Below, in pieces: positions 30,796 to 37,350 of a stretch of 37,350 nucleotides of DNA. The position numbers were made by a program, and so were the translations under genes. The stretch comes from Syntrophales bacterium (GTDB lineage Bacteria > Desulfobacterota > Syntrophia > Syntrophales > UBA2185): positions 1-37,350 of the forward strand of contig DATJBN010000253.1 in NCBI GenBank assembly GCA_035515335.1. Reading direction: 5' to 3'. A model generated the notes under the pieces. It made no database searches. It was not told the DNA's origin and saw only the letters and a program-made list of their open reading frames with translations. How positions within the stretch are numbered: the stretch's first letter is position 1; each line of letters opens with the position of its first letter.

Positions 30796-31308
30796 CTATA
30801 TTTTTCTTTGGGGTTTTACTCTTTCTACTGCAATTGACCCCGTTCTGTTTATCTCCTCCACGCCGAAGGACTGAAATATCTTCAGGACAGCCGCGGTTTC
30901 GTCCTGTTGACCCGTCACTTCCAGGACCAGATAATCGGGCGTCATCGTCACGATCCTGCAGCCGAATCTTTCAATTACTCGCAGGACATCCGAATACGCG
31001 CCCTCTTTTACGGTTACGCCGATCAGCATCAGTTCTCTCTGAACGTATGACTGTCCAGAGAGATACGAGACATCGAGGACATCGACTAGTTTTTCAAGCT
31101 GCTTCTTTATTTTGTCGGTAAAATCGGGATCGGATTCGCTTGTCAGTGTAATTCTGGAAACCTCGGGGTTTGTCGTTTCCGCGACACAGAGGCTCTTGAT
31201 GTTGTATCCATGACGGCCAAACACACCCCCCACGCGGGAGAGCACGCCGGGCTGGTTGTTTACCAGGATGGAAATAGTCTGTTCCTGTTCGCGTGTCTTT
31301 CTCAGCAT
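30796..31308 (-). CDS. ilvN: Acetolactate synthase small (regulatory) subunit, copy 2
   Basis: EQEQTISILVNNQPGVLSRVGGVFGRHGYNIKSLCVAETTNPEVSRITLTS and KLVDVLDVSYL. This is clearly paralogous to the copy at 28269-28751. Confidence 0.9.
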   Translation of the reverse strand: MLRKTREQEQTISILVNNQPGVLSRVGGVFGRHGYNIKSLCVAETTNPEVSRITLTSESDPDFTDKIKKQLEKLVDVLDVSYLSGQSYVQRELMLIGVTVKEGAYSDVLRVIERFGCRIVTMTPDYLVLEVTGQQDETAAVLKIFQSFGVEEINRTGSIAVERVKPQRKI

Positions 31309-31332
31309 ATCATGACCTCCGCAATCAATTCT

Positions 31333-33006
31333 TTAGTCAAGTCTGTCGTACATCATCTCCGCGTTCGAGCACCCGGGCGGAATGATCGGATAGACATAGT
31401 TTTCCGGGTCGACAATCGCCTCAAGCAAGTACGGGCCGTCGGCCTTAACCATGGCGGCGATCCCTGTCCCCGGGTCCTTGTCTACGACGACAGTGCCTCC
31501 GGGGATGCCGAAGCCTTTCGCGACGGCGACGAAGTCAACCTTGTCTCCCAGGGCGATGGTATTGAAGCGGGCGCCGTAGAAAAGATCCTGAAGCTGACGG
31601 ATCATGCCGAGATGACCGTTGTTGATGACTACGATCTTTATCGGCAGGTTGTAGTAGGAGATGGTGGCCAGCTCCTGGATGTTCATGTAGAATCCACCGT
31701 CGCCCGTGATCGCGATGACCGCTCTTTCCGGAGTGCCCACCTTGGCCCCGATCGCGGCGGGCAGGCTGAACCCCATGGTCCCCATGCCGCCGCTGGTTAT
31801 CAGGCTGCGGGGACTGCGCGCCTGCCAGGTGCGCACCGTCCAGATCTGATTCAATCCCACATCGGCGGTAACGGTTGTTTCACGAGGCATGGCCTCCTGC
31901 AGCATATGAATAAAATCTCCGGCCGGTCCGCAGCCCGTGTCGGCAACCTTTCCATTTATGGCATCACGTTCCGACTGTATCCTCTGCAGCCACTCCGACT
32001 TCTCCTTTGCATCTATCAGGGGCAAGAGGGCCGCGAGTGCATCGCGAATGTCCCCGACGTACGGCAGGTTGATCTTGACGCTCTTGCCTATCGACGTGGG
32101 ATCGATATCGATCTGCGCAATCTTTGCGAGTGGTGCGAATTCTTCGATCAAGGCGGTGCTGCGGTCTGAAAAGCGCGTGCCAACGGCGAGGATGAAATCG
32201 CACTGATGCACCATGCGGTTTGCCAGTTCATTCCCGTGTGTTCCTATCAATCCGAGGTTGTAGCCATTGACCGAGTCGACCGATCCTATACCCATCATCG
32301 TGGTGACGAAAGGGATCTTCGCCTTTTCGATGAGCTCCCTTACCAATTGGAAGGCGTTGCAGAGCTTCACGCCTCCGCCGATGATGAGGATCGGTCTTTC
32401 GCTCTGATTCAGGGTCTTGGCGATCTTCTCCAGCTGGTCGCGGTCTTCCTCTGTCTTGTAGTTTGTCTTCAGCGCAGGTGCGGATTTCTTCTCCGCCGGC
32501 CGGCATTTCGCCGAAAGTATGTCGCGTGGGAGGTCTACAAGAACCGGCCCCGGCCTCCCCGTCGTGGCAAGCTCAAAGGCCTGCCTCAACGTTGCCGCGA
32601 GGTTATTCACGTCATGGACCTGGTAGCTGTGCTTCGTTATCGGCAGGGTGATCCCGATGATATCCGTTTCCTGGAAGGCATCTTGTCCCAGAAGACCCGT
32701 GCTCACCTGCGCCGTAAGTGCTACCATGGGAGTCGAGTCCATGAAGGCAGTCGCGATGCCAGTGACCAGGTTAGTGGCACCCGGACCGGATGTTGCGATG
32801 CACACGCCGACTTTTCCTGTGGCCCGCGCATAACCGTCGGAGGCATGGGCGGCGGCCTGTTCGTGCCGCATCAGGTAATGACGGATATCGCTTCCCACCA
32901 GCCTGTCATGAACGGGCAGGGTGTTCGCCCCGGGGTATCCGAAGATGGCGTTAACGCCTTCCTCTTTTAAGATTTGTATGACAATGTCTGCGCCTATTGT
33001 TTCCAT
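31333..33006 (-). CDS. ilvB: Acetolactate synthase large (catalytic) subunit, copy 2
   Basis: METIGADIVIQILKEEGVNAIFGYPGANTLPVHD, HEQAAAHASDGYARATGKVGVCIATSGPGATNLVTGIATAFMDSTP, and the ThDP motif GDGGFYMNIQELATISYYNLPIKIVVINN. Confidence 0.93.
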   Translation of the reverse strand: METIGADIVIQILKEEGVNAIFGYPGANTLPVHDRLVGSDIRHYLMRHEQAAAHASDGYARATGKVGVCIATSGPGATNLVTGIATAFMDSTPMVALTAQVSTGLLGQDAFQETDIIGITLPITKHSYQVHDVNNLAATLRQAFELATTGRPGPVLVDLPRDILSAKCRPAEKKSAPALKTNYKTEEDRDQLEKIAKTLNQSERPILIIGGGVKLCNAFQLVRELIEKAKIPFVTTMMGIGSVDSVNGYNLGLIGTHGNELANRMVHQCDFILAVGTRFSDRSTALIEEFAPLAKIAQIDIDPTSIGKSVKINLPYVGDIRDALAALLPLIDAKEKSEWLQRIQSERDAINGKVADTGCGPAGDFIHMLQEAMPRETTVTADVGLNQIWTVRTWQARSPRSLITSGGMGTMGFSLPAAIGAKVGTPERAVIAITGDGGFYMNIQELATISYYNLPIKIVVINNGHLGMIRQLQDLFYGARFNTIALGDKVDFVAVAKGFGIPGGTVVVDKDPGTGIAAMVKADGPYLLEAIVDPENYVYPIIPPGCSNAEMMYDRLD

Positions 33007-33030
33007 AAATTGCCGTTGCTCCTTGCCGTT

Positions 33031-33068
33031 AGAAAATAGAAAAGCCGCAAGTATTTCGGCTGCGGCTT
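33031..33068 (-). terminator. Second terminator-like hairpin in the leader of ilvB copy 2
   Basis: The minus strand reads AAGCCGCAgccgaaatactTGCGGCTTttctatttt: an 8-bp stem, an 11-nt loop and an interrupted T-run. Confidence 0.5.
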
Positions 33069-33077
33069 ATCAAACAT

Positions 33078-33116
33078 AAAAAAGCCGCGGGTCTCTGGGG
33101 CCCGCGGCTCCTTTTT
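33078..33116 (-). terminator. First terminator/attenuator hairpin in the leader of ilvB copy 2 (also terminator-like on the plus strand)
   Basis: The minus strand reads GAGCCGCGGGccccagagaCCCGCGGCTTtttt (9 Watson-Crick pairs plus one G-U, with a T-run). It lies 13 nt downstream of the Val-rich leader ORF stop. Confidence 0.7.
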
Positions 33117-33129
33117 CTATGTCAATCAA

Positions 33130-33216
33130 TCACAGAAACCGAGCGGCGGTCCCCCGAAGTACAGATACTACTACAACTACGATCGGGATGTTCCTGCTCA
33201 GACTGTGAATGTTCAT
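33130..33216 (-). CDS. Valine-rich leader peptide (28 aa) of an ilv attenuator
   Basis: Codon-by-codon minus-strand translation gives MNIHSLSRNIPIVVVVVSVLRGTAARFL*, with five consecutive Val codons (GTA GTT GTA GTA GTA) plus one more. A perfect TATAAT (complement of 33238-33243) lies 21 nt upstream of the ATG. Confidence 0.6.
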   Translation of the reverse strand: MNIHSLSRNIPIVVVVVSVLRGTAARFL

Positions 33217-33273
33217 ATATATGCCCTGTTCATTTAAATTATACGCTATTTTTATACGAGAGGAGCCGATTTG

Positions 33274-35340
33274 TCAAGGGATTTTTGCACCCTTCGTCTC
33301 GCGGGGCTTTGCCGCCTCGCGTCTGTCGGTGTCTTCCTGCGCCTCTTTATCTTCGATTGCGACGGCCCGCGTCCCAGTCGTACCCTCTAAGAAACTCTCG
33401 AATATGGCATCCTGTGTTGACCTCTGCGCGGGAACGCCTGTGTGAGGATCAACCTTGATGAAAACGATTCCGTCCGGAACGGGAAAAACCTCCCGCGGTT
33501 TGTTCTGCAGGGCCTTTTCCATGAAGTAGAGCCAAATGGGCGCTGCGGCCCTTCCCCCCACCTCCTCTCTGCCGAGAGATGTCTCCTGATCAAAACCGAC
33601 CCAGACGCCTGCCACGAGGGACGGCGTAAAGCCTATAAACCAGGCATCTCTCGTATCATCGGTCGTGCCCGTCTTGCCTGCTACAGGCCTGCCGATACTC
33701 TTTACGCGTCTACCTGTGCCGCTTTCCACTACGTCCTGCATCACGTAGGATGTTATAAATGCTATCCGGGGGTCTATGACCTCCTCACTTTTTACCTGGG
33801 TTTCTTCAAAAACATGACCCGTCCGGTCGACAATCTTCTTGATGAAGAACGGGACGACCCTCTTTCCCTGGTTTGCGAGAACCCCAAATCCTCTCACCAT
33901 CTCTTGAAGTGTGACTCCAGAGGTACCTAGGGCGAGGGAGAGATTTCTTGAAAGGGGTGAAGTTATTCCCATGTTTGTCGCGTAGGAAGCGGCGTAATCG
34001 ACACCGATCTCCTGGAGCAACTTTATAGTAATGATATTTCGCGACTGAACAAGTGCGTTTCGGAGCGTCGTAGGTCCATTGAATTTTCCGTCGAAGTTCT
34101 TCGGCTTCCAGAAGCCGTCCGGAGACGACCTGTCTTCATAAACGATCGGGGCATCGAGAATGCGCGTTGACGGCGTAAAGCCCTTGTCAAATGCCGCCGT
34201 GTATATGAAGGGCTTGAAGGCCGACCCGGGCTGCCTGCGTGACTGTGTAGCGCGGTTGAACTCACTCTTCTTGAAATCTCTGCCTCCAACCATGGCCGTG
34301 ATGGCGCCCGTCTTCGCCTCCATGCATAGCAGCGCCCCCTGAACGAGTCCTTTCTCGTATTTCTCACGCTCCTCAAGCTCCTGGAGACCTTTCTCCACGG
34401 CATCATGCGCGGCCTTCTGCATTTCTATGTTGAGGGTCGTATAGACTTCCAGGCCTTCCTTGTAAAGTACGTCGCTCCCGTATTTTTCCATGATGTAGCG
34501 GCGAATGTTCTCGACAAAATAGGGCGCGATCTTCTCCTTCGGCCTGATGGACTTGAGATATATATGCGTAGCAATTGCCCGCTCTTTTTCCTGCGGGGTT
34601 ATGTATCCGTCCTCAACCATTCTTTCCAGGACGTACGCCTGCCGCTGGCGGGCGCGGTCGTAGTGCAGAAAAGGAGAATAGCTGCTCGGCGCTTTGGGAA
34701 GGCCGGCGAGCATTGAGGCCTCGGCGAGGTTCAGATTCTTCGCGCTCTTTCCGAAGTACCCCTGCGATGCCGCCTCGATGCCGTAAGTACCGTGGCCGAG
34801 ATATATGTGGTTGAGGTACAGATTCATGATCTCGTCCTTGGTAAGATACTTGTCGATCTTGTAGGCAAGGATCGCCTCTTTGATCTTTCTCAGGTAGCTT
34901 CTCTCCGAGGACAGATACAGAGACTTCGCCACCTGCTGAGTGATGGTGCTTCCTCCCTGAACAATGCGGCCGGCTTCGATGTTCTTGAAGAAGGCCCGTG
35001 TCATGCTTACTAAATCGAAGCCCGTATGGTGATAAAATCTTGCATCTTCCGCAGACACGAAGGCCTCCACGACAGCCTTAGGGACGTCGGCAAGCCTGAT
35101 GATCTTCCTGTCTTCCATGAAGAATTCGTCGATCAGTTCATTGTTGTCCGCATATACCCGCGTGGCGATGCTGGGACGGTAGTCCTTGAGCGCGTCTATG
35201 CTCGGCATCTCCTGCTGCACGAAATACAAGAAGAGACTTCCCCCGACGATCGTCAGACAGAGGAGAAACACCGCAGACGTCAAAAGAAGAGTGCGCAGAC
35301 GGGAGTGCCCGGTGTACGGTTTCTTATCTCTGGGTTTCAT
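33274..35340 (-). CDS. mrcA: Bifunctional penicillin-binding protein 1A (glycosyltransferase GT51 + transpeptidase)
   Basis: GT51 motifs EDARFYHHTGFD, GGSTITQQVAK and RKIKEAILAYKI. Transpeptidase motifs SAFKPF (SxxK), SRN and KTGTT. N-terminal membrane anchor. ATGA overlap with the tatC stop. Confidence 0.93.
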   Translation of the reverse strand: MKPRDKKPYTGHSRLRTLLLTSAVFLLCLTIVGGSLFLYFVQQEMPSIDALKDYRPSIATRVYADNNELIDEFFMEDRKIIRLADVPKAVVEAFVSAEDARFYHHTGFDLVSMTRAFFKNIEAGRIVQGGSTITQQVAKSLYLSSERSYLRKIKEAILAYKIDKYLTKDEIMNLYLNHIYLGHGTYGIEAASQGYFGKSAKNLNLAEASMLAGLPKAPSSYSPFLHYDRARQRQAYVLERMVEDGYITPQEKERAIATHIYLKSIRPKEKIAPYFVENIRRYIMEKYGSDVLYKEGLEVYTTLNIEMQKAAHDAVEKGLQELEEREKYEKGLVQGALLCMEAKTGAITAMVGGRDFKKSEFNRATQSRRQPGSAFKPFIYTAAFDKGFTPSTRILDAPIVYEDRSSPDGFWKPKNFDGKFNGPTTLRNALVQSRNIITIKLLQEIGVDYAASYATNMGITSPLSRNLSLALGTSGVTLQEMVRGFGVLANQGKRVVPFFIKKIVDRTGHVFEETQVKSEEVIDPRIAFITSYVMQDVVESGTGRRVKSIGRPVAGKTGTTDDTRDAWFIGFTPSLVAGVWVGFDQETSLGREEVGGRAAAPIWLYFMEKALQNKPREVFPVPDGIVFIKVDPHTGVPAQRSTQDAIFESFLEGTTGTRAVAIEDKEAQEDTDRREAAKPRETKGAKIP

Positions 35341-36107
35341 ATCTCCTTTTGGCTCTCCTTCTTTTCTTCCTCTCTGGGACGTTTCTTCTCGGCCAGCCTG
35401 GCGACAAGTATGCCGATCTCGTAAAGACCTATCAGAGGTACGGCCATGACGATCTGGGTGAATGCATCGGGAGAAGGCGTCAGGATTGCGGCAGCAATGA
35501 ATATCAGGAGGATTGCGTATCGCCTGTTCTTTGACAGCATCTTCGAGGTTACAACACCCATCTTGGCGAGGAAGAAGATAACCACCGGTAGTTCAAAGGA
35601 TACGCCGAATGCGAGAAGGAGCTTTAATGACAGAGAAAGATACTCCCGCAGTGTGAACATGGGCTTCAGGAAATCGGATGAGAATTCCACAAAAAAGCTG
35701 AAGGCCGGCGGGAGTGCCAGGTAATAACCGAACAGTATGCCGCAAATGAAAAGTATCGTCGATGCAATTACGAACGGTAGCATGTATTTCTTTTCCGATC
35801 TGTAGAGACCCGGCGATACGAATTTCCAGACCTGATAGAGGATATAAGGGCTTGTGAGGAAAAGGGAGGCGTAGAAGCATATCTTCATGTAGTTGAAGAA
35901 CGCCTCGGGGAGGCTCGTATATATCATGTAGCTGTTCGGAGGGAGGACTTGGTACAGAGGGCGCGTGATGACCTGGAACAGCCACTCCTTGAAATACCAG
36001 CAGGCACCGAAGCCTATTGCGGCTGCGATAAGGATACGAACGATCCGTTTGCGCAATTCCTCCAGATGAGAGGTAAAGGGCATCTTTTCTTCGACAGGCT
36101 CTTCCAT
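35337..36107 (-). CDS. tatC: Twin-arginine translocase subunit TatC
   Basis: MPFTSHLEELRKRIVRILIAAAIGF..., six hydrophobic segments, and PSPDAFTQ near the C-terminus. The start is either ATG 36107 or ATG 36083. Confidence 0.93.
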   Translation of the reverse strand: MEEPVEEKMPFTSHLEELRKRIVRILIAAAIGFGACWYFKEWLFQVITRPLYQVLPPNSYMIYTSLPEAFFNYMKICFYASLFLTSPYILYQVWKFVSPGLYRSEKKYMLPFVIASTILFICGILFGYYLALPPAFSFFVEFSSDFLKPMFTLREYLSLSLKLLLAFGVSFELPVVIFFLAKMGVVTSKMLSKNRRYAILLIFIAAAILTPSPDAFTQIVMAVPLIGLYEIGILVARLAEKKRPREEEKKESQKEI

Positions 36108-36158
36108 AGATTAAATATCATTCTCCCCTTAAGAGTGAGGCAAAGTTGATTTGTCGAG

Positions 36159-36476
36159 TCAGGATTGATTCTTAAAGGTGGAATCTTTGCGGGGGTCTTC
36201 TCCTCTTTCGTCTTTAGCTGTCGAAGAGTTCTTATGAGACTCCTGCCCATTTTTGCCGCCGAACAGGAGCGAGTCTTTAAAGGCATCGACTTCTTTTCTT
36301 ACATCATCCGGCTTCAGGGTTTCCCTGAAATTTTCTCTAACATCATCCGCTGCCCTGCGAAATTCGGAAAGCCCTTTGCCCAGGGACCTAGCAAGGTCGG
36401 GCAGCTTCTTTGGACCTACGACGATCAGCGCGACAATCGCTATAACGATTAGCTCAGGCAAGCCGATGCCGAACAA
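36159..36476 (-). CDS. tatA: Twin-arginine translocase TatA/TatB-family subunit
   Basis: MFGIGLPELIVIAIVALIVVGPKKLPDLARSLGKGLSEFRR is the canonical TatA/B N-terminus. TTG start with GAGGT 7 nt upstream. At 105 aa it could be functionally TatB-like. Confidence 0.85.
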   Translation of the reverse strand: MFGIGLPELIVIAIVALIVVGPKKLPDLARSLGKGLSEFRRAADDVRENFRETLKPDDVRKEVDAFKDSLLFGGKNGQESHKNSSTAKDERGEDPRKDSTFKNQS

Positions 36477-36651
36477 ATTTTCAACCTCACGTTCCTACAA
36501 AATGCGTCTTGAATATATATACATTTATGTATTTGTCAATGTTTTTCCAAGAATAGGAGCGCGGCCGGAGTCGGAAAATTTTTGCGTTCCCCCTGCTTTT
36601 GTGCTAATGAATTTTAACTGTGCTAATAAACCCTTCCAGGGATGGTGACCA

Positions 36652-37350
36652 ATGTCTCGAAAAACGGGTATCGTTAAAGATGAAAGGTATTTAAAGCATG
36701 ACGCCGGATTTGGGCATCCGGAATCTCCCCAGAGGCTGGGAGCGACCTATGCGATGTTGGAGGCCCCGGATATGGCGGGCAACTATGTCGATATAGAACC
36801 GCGCTACGCAACCCATGAAGAGATTGGAATGATTCATTCTCAGTCCTACATAAAGCTTGTGGCCTCGACGGCCGGACAGACGTTCGTTCCCCTCGACCCG
36901 GACACAGCAGCCACACCCGAGTCATATGATGTTGCGAAGCTCGCGATAGGCGGCTTATTTAGCGCAATTGACGGCGTGGTCACAGGTGAGGTTGATAACG
37001 CCTTCGCCCTTGTCCGTCCTCCCGGGCATCATGCGGGTGTATCGAATGCGGCCGGCTTCTGCCTATTCAATAATGTTGCTATCGGCGCCATGTATGCTAT
37101 TGCCAAGTACAGGATGGAGAGGATTCTGATCGTCGATTGGGACCTGCATCACGGTAACGGTACCCAGGCGCAATTTTATGAAGACCCGAGGGTGTTGTAT
37201 TTCTCTACCCATCAATATCCGTATTATCCGGGTACCGGCGCCGTAGAAGAAATAGGAAGGGGCAAAGGATTGGGTTACAACATAAATGTGCCATTAAGAC
37301 CGGGCACAGACAGCTCTCAGTACGTCAAGATATTCAAGAAGGTCGTCTAC
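36652..37350 (+). CDS. Histone deacetylase/acetoin-utilisation (AcuC/HDAH) family deacylase. Partial: the 3' end runs off the window.
   Basis: MSRKTGIVKDERYLKHDAGFGHPESPQRL ... ALVRPPGHHAG ... GFCLFNNVAIGA ... ILIVDWDLHHGNGTQ ... FSTHQYPYYPGTG. The frame is open to the window end. Confidence 0.9.
   Translation, partial: MSRKTGIVKDERYLKHDAGFGHPESPQRLGATYAMLEAPDMAGNYVDIEPRYATHEEIGMIHSQSYIKLVASTAGQTFVPLDPDTAATPESYDVAKLAIGGLFSAIDGVVTGEVDNAFALVRPPGHHAGVSNAAGFCLFNNVAIGAMYAIAKYRMERILIVDWDLHHGNGTQAQFYEDPRVLYFSTHQYPYYPGTGAVEEIGRGKGLGYNINVPLRPGTDSSQYVKIFKKVVY

Noticed and set aside
31210-32970. Plus-strand ORFs of 319 aa (31210..32169) and 254 aa (32206..32970)
   Set aside because: Both are antisense to ilvB copy 2 and ilvN copy 2. 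They have Arg/Gly/Asp-rich composition typical of reverse-frame artefacts in GC-moderate genes.

Overview
This is an origin-proximal, mostly housekeeping chromosomal segment from a diderm, LPS-making bacterium. The lineage is uncertain; it looks like an anaerobic deltaproteobacterium-like or Nitrospirota-like organism. The core is a co-directional minus-strand block, rsmG-parA-parB-dnaA-dnaN-gyrB-gyrA, followed on the same strand by archease-rtcB. Left of the core lie a HAMP/GGDEF-family sensor, a coiled-coil lipoprotein and a partial HD-GYP phosphodiesterase (apparently one operon). They are followed by a paaK-like ligase with an ACT protein, a cytidylate-kinase-like protein and a patatin-like lipase. 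Right of the core lie a SpoU/TrmJ-like methyltransferase, an LPS-core cluster (Fe-ADH, DegT-type aminotransferase, hldD, kdsB, acyltransferase) and a hotdog thioesterase. Next comes a minus-strand branched-chain amino acid block with two tandem acetolactate synthase pairs (ilvBN, then ilvBN-ilvC-ilvD), then mrcA, tatC, tatA and a partial histone-deacetylase-family gene. I found no CRISPR array, transposase or integrase, tRNA or rRNA gene, or recognisable defence island. I do not see a convincing wholly new multi-gene system. The most interesting signals below the ORF-track threshold are these: (1) two short leader ORFs, one with five consecutive Val codons and one with nine Ile codons, each followed by terminator hairpins in front of the two AHAS operons; (2) an atypical GGDEF domain (GGDDF, both guanine-contact positions replaced) in an operon with an HD-GYP enzyme; (3) DnaA-box, AT-rich and TAG-trinucleotide elements flanking dnaA; (4) a possible kdnB/kdnA-like (Kdo8N) pair next to kdsB; (5) a CheR C-terminal gene relic. 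All calls come from reading the translated ORFs and the DNA by eye. No database search or folding program was run.
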